From Acutalibacteraceae bacterium (GTDB taxonomy: Bacteria; Bacillota; Clostridia; Oscillospirales; Acutalibacteraceae): 64,000 nucleotides of DNA. Where the stretch lies: contig JAZUBL010000055.1 of the NCBI GenBank assembly GCA_045638545.1, forward strand, positions 880 through 64,879. The letters run 5' to 3'. The translations under genes were made by a program, and so were the position numbers. Shown piece after piece: positions 46,007 through 55,557 of this stretch (its first letter is position 1; every line of letters starts with the position of its first letter). Below the pieces are notes generated by a model. It did no database searches. It was given only the letters and a program-made list of their open reading frames with translations, and had not been told where the DNA came from.

Positions 46007-47752
46007 ATGTTTAATATCAAAATTAACGATATCGCTTATTCCGTACCGAAAGGTTCCACAATTCTTGAGGCTGCAAGATTTGCAGGCATTAACATTCCGA
46101 CCTTATGTTACCTCAAGGGCCTCAACGAAATCGGCGCATGCCGTGTTTGTGTTGTAGAGGTTAAGGGCGCTCGTTCCCTGGTTGCAGCATGTATGCACCC
46201 AGTAAACGAGGGCATGGAGATCTATACAAATACTCCAAAGGTTATCGAATCCAGAAAGATGACAATGCAGCTGCTCCTGTCTGTTCATGACAGAAAGTGC
46301 CTCTCCTGCGTAAGAAGCGGCTCCTGCGAATTCCAGCAGCTCTGCCACGATCTGGGTGTTGAAGATGAAGGCGCATTTGACGGTGCATTCCCAGAAGCAA
46401 TCTATGACGATTCTTCCGTACATATGATCCGTGACAACAGCAAGTGCGTTCTCTGCCGTCGCTGCGTAGCTGCTTGCGAAGCACAGCACACAGCAGTTAT
46501 CGGTGCTAACAACCGTGGTTTCGACACAGCTATTGGCTGCGCATTTGAGCAGACACTGGCTGATGTTGCATGTATCTCCTGTGGTCAGTGTATCGTAAAC
46601 TGCCCAACAGGCGCACTGGTTGAAAAGGACAGCACAGCAGACGTTATGGCTGCAATCGCTGATCCAGAGAAGTTCGTTGTTGTTCAGACTGCTCCTGCAA
46701 TCCGTGCAACACTGGGCGAATGCTTCGATATGCCAATCGGTACAAACGTAAAGGGCAAGATGGTTGCAGCACTGCGCCGCCTTGGCTTTGACCGTGTATT
46801 TGACACCGACTTCGGCGCTGACCTGACAATCATGGAAGAAGGCACAGAGTTCATCCACAGAGTAAAGGAAGGCGGCGTTCTGCCAATGATCACATCCTGT
46901 TCCCCAGGTTGGATCAAGTACATCGAGCACTTCTACCCAGAACTGCTTCCACACCTCTCCAGCTGTAAGTCCCCACAGTCTATGCAGGGCGCACTGACAA
47001 AGAGCTGGTACGCTGAGAAGATGGGCATCGATCCAAAGAACATCGTAAGCGTATCCATTATGCCATGTACAGCTAAGAAGTTCGAGATTCAGCGTGACGA
47101 CATGAACGGCGCTGGCGCAGATCTGATGGATAACGACTACACACTCACAACACGTGAGCTGGGCCGTCTCATCAAGAAGTGCGGTATCGACTTTGTAAAC
47201 CTGCCAGACGAAGAGTTCGATCCATGCATGGACGTAACAACAGGCGCAGCTGTTATCTTCGGTACAACAGGCGGCGTTATGGAGGCTGCTCTCCGTACAG
47301 TTGCTGATGTTCTCGCAGGCGAAGAGCTTCAGCAGATCGACTACCACGAAGTACGTGGCATGGGCGAGATCAAGGAAGCTACATATGATGTAGCAGGCAT
47401 GAAGGTTAACGTAGCAGTTGCTTCCGGCATGAACAATGCTAAGGTTATTCTTGACAAGATCAAGAACGGCGAAGCAGACTACCACTTCATCGAGATCATG
47501 GGTTGCCCAGGCGGCTGCATCAACGGCGGCGGCCAGCCAACACAGCCAGCACTTGTTCGTGGCTTCACAGACTTCCGTGAGAAGAGAGCAGAAGCACTCT
47601 ACGAGGAAGACAGAAATCTGCCACTCCGCAAGAGCCACCACAGCCCAATCGTTAAGCTGGTATACGAAGAGTACCTCGGCGAGCCAGGCAGCCACAAGGC
47701 ACACGAACTGCTGCACACAACTTATGTAGCACGTGAAAAATACAAGAAATAA
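46007..47752 (+). CDS. hydA: [FeFe]-hydrogenase catalytic subunit (M3-type, HydA2) with variant L1 motif TSCSPGW
   Basis: 581 aa from the ATG 9 nt after AAAGGAG. Same domain order as HydA1. L2 (MPCTAKKFE) and L3 (EIMGCPGGCINGGGQP) are canonical. L1 reads TSCSPGW (46892-46912). Confidence 0.9.
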   Translation: MFNIKINDIAYSVPKGSTILEAARFAGINIPTLCYLKGLNEIGACRVCVVEVKGARSLVAACMHPVNEGMEIYTNTPKVIESRKMTMQLLLSVHDRKCLSCVRSGSCEFQQLCHDLGVEDEGAFDGAFPEAIYDDSSVHMIRDNSKCVLCRRCVAACEAQHTAVIGANNRGFDTAIGCAFEQTLADVACISCGQCIVNCPTGALVEKDSTADVMAAIADPEKFVVVQTAPAIRATLGECFDMPIGTNVKGKMVAALRRLGFDRVFDTDFGADLTIMEEGTEFIHRVKEGGVLPMITSCSPGWIKYIEHFYPELLPHLSSCKSPQSMQGALTKSWYAEKMGIDPKNIVSVSIMPCTAKKFEIQRDDMNGAGADLMDNDYTLTTRELGRLIKKCGIDFVNLPDEEFDPCMDVTTGAAVIFGTTGGVMEAALRTVADVLAGEELQQIDYHEVRGMGEIKEATYDVAGMKVNVAVASGMNNAKVILDKIKNGEADYHFIEIMGCPGGCINGGGQPTQPALVRGFTDFREKRAEALYEEDRNLPLRKSHHSPIVKLVYEEYLGEPGSHKAHELLHTTYVAREKYKK

Positions 47753-47804
47753 TTGTATGATTTTTCAGGATTTTATGCTATAATGAATCCTGAATGAGAT
47801 ACAG

Positions 47805-47845
47805 GACCCGATGAGTTCTTAATGTTCTCATCGGGTCTTTTTTTA
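47805..47845 (+). terminator. Intrinsic terminator after hydrogenase operon 2
   Basis: GACCCGATGAG / CTCATCGGGTC followed by TTTTTTT. Confidence 0.8.
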
Positions 47846-47873
47846 TTTATTTTTGAAATGAGGTAAATACTAT

Positions 47874-48878
47874 ATGCGTAATAAAAAAGCACTGCGTATT
47901 TTTCTTGCACTGGCAGCTGCAGCAGTTGTAGCTGTTGGCATGACTGCATGCGGCAGTTCTCCGGAGGACGGTGTCGGTGATGGCGCAATTGTAAATTCTG
48001 AAGATACATCTGCAGTAACATCAACAGATGACAGCGGATTCCTGACCACACCGGAAAATATGGATGCAGATGGTGTTCTGGTATATGAGAATTTTGTGAG
48101 CGGTTCTGTTTCGGAAGATAATGATATTTTCCTTGATATTACTGCGATCGAAATGACAAAGAAAGGCATGGAGATCCATTACAAAACAGGCGGCGCACAC
48201 GATGGTTACGAAAAATTCTACGAGATGGAAAATGTTGTACTGAATGGCTGCAAAGTAAACGTGGAATACTATGCAGGCGATGTGAAACAGGAGTACATGG
48301 GCAGAAACAATACAGGTGATACAACACTGCCTGTTTACGTTTTGATCCCTCAGGATGAACTGAACGTTTTCGGCATCACAGAATGGGATTCTCTGGAGTT
48401 TACTTTTGACGCAGGTTATATTGCATACAGCAGCGCCAACAGCGAGTATACACAGGAGTTCCGCCTTTTTGCCGGCGAAAAGCATGACATTGCGCCATAT
48501 GATATTTCCAATAACGAGAATGCCGTGAAGCTGATGGATGACTCTGTCTGCAGCGCGTATATTCTCAATGCAGAATGGGGCGGCGCAACTGGCAGCAGAC
48601 GAATTTATACCATTCAGTTCGATAACAGAACCGGTAAAGATGTAAACTTTACTTTTGATAAGATTGTTGTTGATGGTCAGGAAGTTGCCTTTGGCCTCAA
48701 TGACCAGAACCGTGAGAACTGGTGGATCGATGCCAACGGCAGCACAAGAGCGGATCTGTACTGGATCAAATACAATAATATGGAACTCGACCTTTCTAAA
48801 GGTGTTGAGTTTACCGTATATTATGAAATCGACGATGAAAAGTACGCACAGTACACAACAACAATTCCAGAAGCATAA
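47874..48878 (+). CDS. Hypothetical lipoprotein
   Basis: 334 aa. Signal peptide MRNKKALRIFLALAAAAVVAVGMTAC with a lipobox-like MTAC, followed by a low-complexity linker. No family recognised. Confidence 0.6.
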   Translation: MRNKKALRIFLALAAAAVVAVGMTACGSSPEDGVGDGAIVNSEDTSAVTSTDDSGFLTTPENMDADGVLVYENFVSGSVSEDNDIFLDITAIEMTKKGMEIHYKTGGAHDGYEKFYEMENVVLNGCKVNVEYYAGDVKQEYMGRNNTGDTTLPVYVLIPQDELNVFGITEWDSLEFTFDAGYIAYSSANSEYTQEFRLFAGEKHDIAPYDISNNENAVKLMDDSVCSAYILNAEWGGATGSRRIYTIQFDNRTGKDVNFTFDKIVVDGQEVAFGLNDQNRENWWIDANGSTRADLYWIKYNNMELDLSKGVEFTVYYEIDDEKYAQYTTTIPEA

Positions 48879-48890
48879 TCTGAATTTTGG

Positions 48891-48920
48891 CAGCAGGGGA
48901 ATTCTCCTGCTGTTTTTGTT
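48891..48920 (+). terminator. Intrinsic terminator after the lipoprotein gene
   Basis: CAGCAGGGG-AATT-CTCCTGCTG followed by TTTTT. Confidence 0.7.
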
Positions 48921-49007
48921 TTCAAAATAATCATACACTGCCGTTTATTTTATGGTACAATCATAATGATGGGAAAGAAGAATTATTTTGAGAAAGGAAA
49001 GGAGCAC

Positions 49008-49772
49008 ATGAAAACAAAAGGCAAAATTATTGCATTAATTGTTATAGCATTAGCCACAGCGTTGCTGATCTGGTTTTCTATTCCGCTTTTTATTGGAATC
49101 TCCAATATTGGCAATGAACTGGGAATGGTTTTTGCAGCCGCGGTAATTGCAGTAACAATTATTGTAGCTATATGCAGACGAAAAGGAAAGAAGGTGGCAG
49201 CGACCGTGATTACGATTGTTGGAGCAGTAGCGGCATCGGCAGTTGTTGCCTGGGCAGGTACAATGACAGGCTTTATGGTATCCGGTATGGCGGAAAAACC
49301 GCACGCAGAAGACGCAACTGTCGTTGTGCTTGGTTGCAAAGTTAATGGCAGTGTGCCAAGTCTTCATTTATACAAACGAATTGAAGCGGCAGAGCGGTAC
49401 CTTAAGGCAAACCCGCAGGCAAACTGTATTGCCAGCGGTGGTAAAGGGGATGGCGAAAATGTCTCTGAGGCCAAGGTGATTTATGATTATCTGGTGGAAA
49501 AAGGCATTGAACCGGAGCGCATTCGGATAGAAGACCAATCAGTCAATACGCTCCAGAATCTGCAGAATTCCAAAGCAATGATCGAATCTTTGGGCTGGAA
49601 TCCGGAAGTGATTCTGGTAACGGATGGGTTCCATCAGTTCAGGGCAAATCGCGTGGCAGCCAGCCTTGGTATGAAATCCAGTCCTTTCTGTGCAGAGCAC
49701 ACCTGGCATACCTTCCCGGCAAACTATTCCAGAGAGCTGCTGGCGATTACCAGAGAGCTTGTTTTTAAATAA
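49008..49772 (+). CDS. DUF218 (YdcF/SanA/ElyC-like) membrane-anchored protein
   Basis: 254 aa from MKTKGKIIALIV.. It has two or three N-terminal TM helices, then VVVLGCKVNG..PSLHLYKRIEAA..ASGGKG...SEA.. typical of DUF218. The ATG at 48966 sits on an extended -10 (TGgTACAAT, 48953-48961). Confidence 0.7.
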   Translation: MKTKGKIIALIVIALATALLIWFSIPLFIGISNIGNELGMVFAAAVIAVTIIVAICRRKGKKVAATVITIVGAVAASAVVAWAGTMTGFMVSGMAEKPHAEDATVVVLGCKVNGSVPSLHLYKRIEAAERYLKANPQANCIASGGKGDGENVSEAKVIYDYLVEKGIEPERIRIEDQSVNTLQNLQNSKAMIESLGWNPEVILVTDGFHQFRANRVAASLGMKSSPFCAEHTWHTFPANYSRELLAITRELVFK

Positions 49773-49817
49773 TCTATATCGAAATAGCAGGACTTATATT
49801 GCATACAAAAAATAAGG

Positions 49818-49857
49818 CGGCAATTTGGCAGTTTTTCTGCCAGATTGTCGTTTTTTC
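49818..49857 (+). terminator. Intrinsic terminator after the DUF218 gene
   Basis: 14-bp stem (two G-U pairs) CGGCAATTTGGCAG / CTGCCAGATTGTCG followed by TTTTTT. Confidence 0.7.
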
Positions 49858-49958
49858 TTTTTATTTTATGGTGCATATTTACTGTGTTTGTGATATAATT
49901 AACTAAAATGCAGTTTCTATATCCTTTTCTAAATTTATTTCAGAACGGAGTGGTTTTT

Positions 49959-51236
49959 TTGCGTAAGATTTTGATTCAAAACGGCACCCTGATCGATCCA
50001 AAAACAGAGCAGGTCTGGGATGCAGACGTTCTTCTGGAAAACGGCATGATTGCTGAAATTGGTGAAACCCTCACAGCAGATGATGCTGAAGTTATAGATG
50101 CTTCCGGTCTCATTGTTGCACCTGGCCTTGTGGATATGCACGTTCACCTTCGTGACCCAGGTCAGACACAGAAGGAAGATATTATTACCGGTTGTAAGGC
50201 AGCTGCTGCAGGTGGTGTTACCAGTGTGCTGGCAATGCCAAACACAATTCCAACCACCGATACACCGGAGACAATTAAATATATTCTCGATAAGGCAGAA
50301 GATGCTGATGCCAGAGTATATGTAACAGCAGCGATTACTCACAACCTGGCAAGCGGTGAACTGTGTGATCTTGCAGCACTCCGCGAAGCAGGTGCAATTG
50401 CGCTGAGCGATGACGGCCGCCCGGTAGAAAACACAAAGTTTATGGCAGAAGCGATGGTGAAGGCACCGGAGCTTGGCCTCCACGTTGTTTCCCACTGTGA
50501 GGATCTGTTCCTTGCAAAGGGTGGCATCATGAACGAAGGCGACGTTTCCCGTGAACTGGGCGTACAGGGTATTCCTGCAGCAGCAGAAGACTGCGGTACA
50601 GCAAGAGACATCGCGCTGGCAGCAGCTTATAATGTGCCGATTCACATCTGCCATGTAAGTACAAAAACTTCTGCAGCGCTGATCCGCGATGCAAAAAGAC
50701 GCGGCGTAAAGGTGACAGCAGAAACAGCACCGCACTACCTCATTCTGACTGATGAAGCGCTCTATTCCATGGATGCTGATTTCCGCATGAACCCGCCGCT
50801 GCGTACCGATGAAGACCGTCTTGCAATGATCGATGCGATTATTGACGGCACCATCGATGCTATCGCAACAGACCACGCACCACATACACCAGAAGAGAAG
50901 GCAGACTTCCACAAGGCACCAAACGGTGTTGTTGGTATGGAAACTTCTTTTTCTGCAAGCTACACAGCACTGGTAGAGAGCGGTCTGCTGACACTGCCGC
51001 AGCTGATGAAAGTTATGTCTTACAATCCGGCACAGATCCTCAACATCCCGGGCGGTGTGCTTCAGAAAGGCGAAATCGCTGACCTGATCCTCATCGACGA
51101 GAAAGAGCGTTGGGTTGTAGATGAAAACAAGCTCCATGGCAAGAGCAAAAATGCTGTCTTTAAGGGCGGCACACTCCAGAGTAAAGTGAAAATGACGATT
51201 TGCAAAGGTCGCGTAGTATATAAGGATGAAAATTAA
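49959..51236 (+). CDS. pyrC: Dihydroorotase
   Basis: 425 aa from the TTG after ACGGAGTGG (LRKILIQNGTLIDP..). Metal motif DMHVHLRDPG and ..ATDHAPH.. The start choice is uncertain. Confidence 0.85.
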   Translation: MRKILIQNGTLIDPKTEQVWDADVLLENGMIAEIGETLTADDAEVIDASGLIVAPGLVDMHVHLRDPGQTQKEDIITGCKAAAAGGVTSVLAMPNTIPTTDTPETIKYILDKAEDADARVYVTAAITHNLASGELCDLAALREAGAIALSDDGRPVENTKFMAEAMVKAPELGLHVVSHCEDLFLAKGGIMNEGDVSRELGVQGIPAAAEDCGTARDIALAAAYNVPIHICHVSTKTSAALIRDAKRRGVKVTAETAPHYLILTDEALYSMDADFRMNPPLRTDEDRLAMIDAIIDGTIDAIATDHAPHTPEEKADFHKAPNGVVGMETSFSASYTALVESGLLTLPQLMKVMSYNPAQILNIPGGVLQKGEIADLILIDEKERWVVDENKLHGKSKNAVFKGGTLQSKVKMTICKGRVVYKDEN

Positions 51237-51257
51237 GAAAAGGGAAGGTAATTAACT

Positions 51258-52187
51258 ATGTCAATGGATAGACTGATCGAAGGTATTATTAAAACACAGA
51301 ACCCAACAGTAGCAGGTCTGGACCCAAAGCTGGCTTATATTCCGGATCACATTAAGGAAGCTTGCTTTGCAAAGTACGGCAAAACACTGGATGGCGCAGC
51401 AGCAGCACTGTTCGAGTTCAATAAGGGTCTCATCGATGCTCTGTGCGATATCGTTCCTGCAGTAAAGCCACAGTGTGCATACTATGAAATGTACGGCTGG
51501 CAGGGTGTTAAGGCACTCCACGACACCATTGCATATGCAAAGGAAAAGGGCATGTTTGTTATCACAGACGGTAAGCGCAATGATATCGGTACAACAATGG
51601 AAGCTTACGCAACTGCACACCTGGGCAAGGTTGATGTAGAAGGCGAAGCACTGATTCCATTTGACGGCGACAGCCTGACAGTAAACGCATACCTCGGTTC
51701 CGACGGTATCAACCCACTGCTGAACATCTGCAAGGATGAAGATAAGGGTATCTTCGTTCTGGTTAAGACTTCCAACCCATCCTCCGGCGAACTGCAGAAC
51801 CTGAACCTGGAAGGCGGCGACTCCGTTTACCTGACAATGGGCAAGAAGTGCGAAATGTGGGGCGAGAGCACCATGGGCAAGTATGGCTACAGCGGTGTTG
51901 GTGCAGTTGTTGGCGCAACATACCCACAGCAGCTGGAAGAGCTCCGTGCAGAGCTGAAGACAACATTCTTCCTGGTACCAGGTTACGGTGCACAGGGCGG
52001 CGGCGCAGACGACGTTCTGCCAGCATTTGACGAGAAGGGTCTCGGCGCAGTTATCAACTCCTCCAGAGGCATTATGTGCGCATATCAGAAGCAGGGCCTC
52101 CCAGGCGAAGATTACGCAAAGGCAGCTCGTGCAGAAGCAATCCGTATGCGTGACGAAATCGTAGGCAAGCTGGGTAAAATCGGCTGA
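51258..52187 (+). CDS. pyrF: Orotidine 5'-phosphate decarboxylase (long, type 2)
   Basis: 309 aa; ..AGLDPKL..VKPQCAYYE..DGKRNDIGTT.. Confidence 0.85.
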   Translation: MSMDRLIEGIIKTQNPTVAGLDPKLAYIPDHIKEACFAKYGKTLDGAAAALFEFNKGLIDALCDIVPAVKPQCAYYEMYGWQGVKALHDTIAYAKEKGMFVITDGKRNDIGTTMEAYATAHLGKVDVEGEALIPFDGDSLTVNAYLGSDGINPLLNICKDEDKGIFVLVKTSNPSSGELQNLNLEGGDSVYLTMGKKCEMWGESTMGKYGYSGVGAVVGATYPQQLEELRAELKTTFFLVPGYGAQGGGADDVLPAFDEKGLGAVINSSRGIMCAYQKQGLPGEDYAKAARAEAIRMRDEIVGKLGKIG

Positions 52188-52216
52188 TTGAAATTTAAAC
52201 AGCAAGGAGAATTTCC

Positions 52217-52978
52217 ATGAAATATGATGTAAAAGTATGCGAGATTCTGGAAAAGCAGGAACTTGCAAAGGGTATTTTTAGCTTCACAGTAAAGGCTGGC
52301 GAGCTGGCAAAGGCAGCACAGCCAGGCCAGTTTGCAAACATTCTGGCTCCAGGCAAAACACTGCGCCGTCCAATTTCCATCTGTGATATCGACAAAGAAA
52401 ACGAAACACTGCGTTTTGTCTTTGAGATCCGCGGCGAAGGCACACAGCTTCTGGCTGATTTTAAAGTTGGCGACAGCTTTGATATTCTGGCTCCTCTGGG
52501 CAACGGCTTCCAGCTGGGCGATACAAACCGCAAGGCACTGTTCGTTGGCGGCGGTATCGGCGTTCCTCCGCTCCTGAACCCTGCAAAGGCATTTGGTGCA
52601 AACGCAACTGTTGTGATCGGCTTCCGTAATAAGGATGCAATGATTCTGAAGGAAGACTTTGAAAAGGCTGGCTGCAACGTAATTGTTGCAACTGACGACG
52701 GCAGCTTTGGTCACCACGGCCTCGTAACAGAGTGTCTGGACGGCGTAGAAGCTGATGCAATCTTTGCCTGCGGTCCAATGCCAATGCTGAAGGCTCTGGC
52801 AAACCTGGCAGAGGAGAAGCAGATCGAGTGCCAGATTTCTCTGGAAGAGCGTATGGCTTGCGGCATCGGTGCATGCCTTGGCTGCGCTTGCAAGACAAAG
52901 AAAGAAAACGGTGAAGATACCTACGGCCACGTTTGCAAGGATGGCCCGGTATTCGATTATAAAAAGGTAGTATTCTAG
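52217..52978 (+). CDS. pyrK: Dihydroorotate dehydrogenase electron-transfer subunit (FAD/[2Fe-2S])
   Basis: 253 aa with the C-terminal cluster motif CGIGACLGCAC...C. Confidence 0.85.
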   Translation: MKYDVKVCEILEKQELAKGIFSFTVKAGELAKAAQPGQFANILAPGKTLRRPISICDIDKENETLRFVFEIRGEGTQLLADFKVGDSFDILAPLGNGFQLGDTNRKALFVGGGIGVPPLLNPAKAFGANATVVIGFRNKDAMILKEDFEKAGCNVIVATDDGSFGHHGLVTECLDGVEADAIFACGPMPMLKALANLAEEKQIECQISLEERMACGIGACLGCACKTKKENGEDTYGHVCKDGPVFDYKKVVF

Positions 52979-52991
52979 GAGGTGACACACA

Positions 52992-53903
52992 ATGGCAGAT
53001 ATGAAAGTAACAGTTGCCGGCGTTGATTTTTCCAATCCACTGATCGGCGCTTCCGGTATCGTTGGTTTTGGTCGTGAGTATCAGGAGTTCTATCCGCTGA
53101 GCACAATCGGTGGTATTTCCTGCAAGGGCATCACACTGCAGGAGAGACTGGGCAACCCACCACCACGTATTGCTGAGACTCCAGGCGGTATGCTCAACGC
53201 AGTTGGTCTGCAGAACCCAGGTGTTGACTACTTCATCGAGAACGACCTCCCATGGCTGAAGACACAGGGCACTGTTGTAATCGCAAACATTGCTGGTAAT
53301 ACATACGAAGATTACTGCGCAATGGCAGAGAAGCTCTCTGACACAGACGTTGACATGATCGAGCTGAACATCTCCTGTCCAAACGTTAAGTCCGGCGGTG
53401 TACAGTTTGGTACATCTCCAGAAGGCGTTGGCGAGATTACAAAGCAGGTTCGCGCACACTGCACAAAGCCATTGATGGTAAAGCTCTCTCCAAACGTAGC
53501 AGATATCGGTGAAATCGCTGCTGCTGCAGAAGCAAACGGCGCAGATGCAATTTCCATGATCAATACCATCACAGGTATGCGCATCGACATCCGTACACGC
53601 CGTCCAATCATCCGCAACAACACAGGCGGCCTGTCCGGTCCGGCACTGCTTCCAGTTGCTGTTCGCATGATTTCCCAGGCTTACCAGCGTGTAAAGATTC
53701 CGATCGTTGGCATGGGCGGCGTAAGCAAGTGGGAAGACGCTGTTGAGCTGATGCTGGCAGGTTCCACTGCACTGCAGGTTGGTACAGCATTCTTTACCGA
53801 TCCATATGCACCGGTTAAGATCCTGGAAGGTCTCAACAAGTACCTGGATGAGAACAACATCGCTTCCGTAACAGAGCTGACAGGTAAGGCACAGCTGTGG
53901 TAA
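52992..53903 (+). CDS. pyrD: Dihydroorotate dehydrogenase B catalytic subunit
   Basis: 303 aa; ..ELNISCPN.., ..GGLSGPA.., ..GMGGV.. Confidence 0.9.
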   Translation: MADMKVTVAGVDFSNPLIGASGIVGFGREYQEFYPLSTIGGISCKGITLQERLGNPPPRIAETPGGMLNAVGLQNPGVDYFIENDLPWLKTQGTVVIANIAGNTYEDYCAMAEKLSDTDVDMIELNISCPNVKSGGVQFGTSPEGVGEITKQVRAHCTKPLMVKLSPNVADIGEIAAAAEANGADAISMINTITGMRIDIRTRRPIIRNNTGGLSGPALLPVAVRMISQAYQRVKIPIVGMGGVSKWEDAVELMLAGSTALQVGTAFFTDPYAPVKILEGLNKYLDENNIASVTELTGKAQLW

Positions 53904-54568
53904 TGACACGAATTATTTTAGTGCGCCACGCAGAGGCAGAAGGCAATGCGCTGAAGTTATTTCAGGGCCGCATCGATACAGCTGTCAGCGAAAAAGGCAG
54001 AAAGCAGCTGGATCTGTTGGCGGTGCGCTGCCGCAATATGGCGCGTGATGCTGTTTACACCAGTCCGCTGCGCCGTGCAAAAGAAACTGCAGAAGCAATT
54101 AACCAGTTCAACACCGTTCCGCTTTATGAAGAGGACGGTCTGATGGAAATTAACGGCGGCGTGTGGGATGGCAAGCCATGGGCAGATTTTGCAACATTAT
54201 ATCCGGATGATTTGAATAACTGGAACAATGCCCCATGGGATTTTGCGCCGGCAGAAGGCGAAGCGATGACACAGGTATATGACCGTGTGTATGACGCAGT
54301 ATGCAGAATTGCTGAAGCAAATAAGGGCAAGACAGTGTTTGTGGTGTCGCATGGTTGTGCAATTCGCAACCTGCTCTGCCGCATTAAGCACAATGATATC
54401 CATAAGCTCAATGAAGTTGGCTGGGGCGATAACACTTCCATCAGCTACATTGATTTTGATGAAAATATGGTTCCGACACTGACCATGGAGACAGACGCCT
54501 CTCATCTGGATGCAGAGACTTCCTCCGTGTGCAATCAGGTGTGGAGAAAACAGGAGGCAGACAAATGA
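53903..54568 (+). CDS. Histidine phosphatase family protein (phosphoglycerate mutase-like)
   Basis: 221 aa from the ATG overlapping the pyrD stop. RHAEAEGN catalytic motif and ..SHG.. Confidence 0.8.
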   Translation: MTRIILVRHAEAEGNALKLFQGRIDTAVSEKGRKQLDLLAVRCRNMARDAVYTSPLRRAKETAEAINQFNTVPLYEEDGLMEINGGVWDGKPWADFATLYPDDLNNWNNAPWDFAPAEGEAMTQVYDRVYDAVCRIAEANKGKTVFVVSHGCAIRNLLCRIKHNDIHKLNEVGWGDNTSISYIDFDENMVPTLTMETDASHLDAETSSVCNQVWRKQEADK

Positions 54569-54990
54569 AAATTATGGCAGTAGACCTGGGCAAAGCACGA
54601 ACCGGCCTGGCCGTATGCGATCCCGGAGAAATGCTGGCATCACCGCTTGTTGTGCTGCCTTCCTGGAATCAGGAGAAACTGCTGGATGAAATCGCGAACT
54701 TGGCGAAAGAACACCGCATTGAACAGATGGTTGTTGGTCTTCCGCTGAACATGGACGGCAGCCAGGGTGAAAGTGCCCAGAATGCTCTTGCTTTTGCAGA
54801 GCTGCTCCGCGAAAAAACCGGACTTCCGGTTGATATGAAAGATGAGCGCGGCACAACTATCAGTGCGCACAACTATCTGAATACAACAGATACCCGCGGT
54901 AAAAAGCGCAAAGCTGTGGTGGATGCTGTAGCGGCAACCATCATTCTGCAGGACTATCTGGATTACAGACGGAATCACCGTGATAAATAA
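54565..54990 (+). CDS. ruvX: Holliday-junction-resolvase-like pre-16S rRNA nuclease (YqgF)
   Basis: 141 aa from MKIMAVDLGKARTGLAV.. after AGGAGG. ATGA overlap with the previous gene. Confidence 0.85.
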   Translation: MKIMAVDLGKARTGLAVCDPGEMLASPLVVLPSWNQEKLLDEIANLAKEHRIEQMVVGLPLNMDGSQGESAQNALAFAELLREKTGLPVDMKDERGTTISAHNYLNTTDTRGKKRKAVVDAVAATIILQDYLDYRRNHRDK

Positions 54991-54995
54991 AAATG

Positions 54996-55027
54996 AGGAG
55001 TGCATCTTAGCGGTGCGCTCCTTTTTC
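54996..55027. terminator. Terminator between ruvX and the convergent membrane-protein gene
   Basis: AGGAGTGCA / TGCGCTCCT stem followed by TTTTT. It overlaps the last codons of the minus-strand ORF. Confidence 0.6.
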
Positions 55028-55411
55028 TTTCCGGAAATATTCAGTTTTGCGTGACAATCGGCACAGGCTGATCATGGGTATGGAAAGAAAAAACCAGCCG
55101 ATAGAAAAAGGCAGACAGATCTGTCCCATAAAATTTGCTGGAAGATCAGAATAGTCCCATACTTTTCGCTTGCAGATAATGTTCAGAAAAAAGCCAAAGA
55201 TAAATTCTACCATAGTAATTATCCCGGCACATAGCGCGCATTGGTGCAGACAAATAGAACGTTTTCTCTTTTTACAACATGTTTTGTCTGTCAGATAAAG
55301 ACAGATCCCACCGGCAAATGCCATGGCAGGATGCGTTCTCCCACGCCAGAAAAGTTCGATGACAGGATAACAAATGCAGCCGATGAGAAACAGCAGACCG
55401 GAACGCTTCAT
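55007..55411 (-). CDS. Small integral membrane protein, putative 'ABC-transporter type IV' (CmpB-like) family
   Basis: 134 aa with 4 TM helices and the motif ..KVWDYSDLPANFMGQICLPFSIGWFFL.. recalled from that family. Confidence 0.55.
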   Translation of the reverse strand: MKRSGLLFLIGCICYPVIELFWRGRTHPAMAFAGGICLYLTDKTCCKKRKRSICLHQCALCAGIITMVEFIFGFFLNIICKRKVWDYSDLPANFMGQICLPFSIGWFFLSIPMISLCRLSRKTEYFRKEKGAHR

Positions 55412-55557
55412 TAAGATCCCTCCCCAAATGAAGTGTTTCTAGCTTGTGCGGCTGCATCATTTTTATACGGCTTCTTTTTTTCATCTATCTTTTGCAGTAA
55501 TTTGTGGTATAATTAAAATAACTAATGTTTTAATTGAAAACAGAAAGGATGATCCGG

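Noticed and set aside
39428-47716. Antisense ORFs of 430, 571, 649 and 537 aa (39428..40720, 40711..42426, 43959..45908, 46103..47716) covering the hydrogenase operons.
   Set aside because: Same reasoning as above. They sit opposite genes with canonical NuoF and HydA motifs, lack RBSs and recognisable domains, and have implausible composition.
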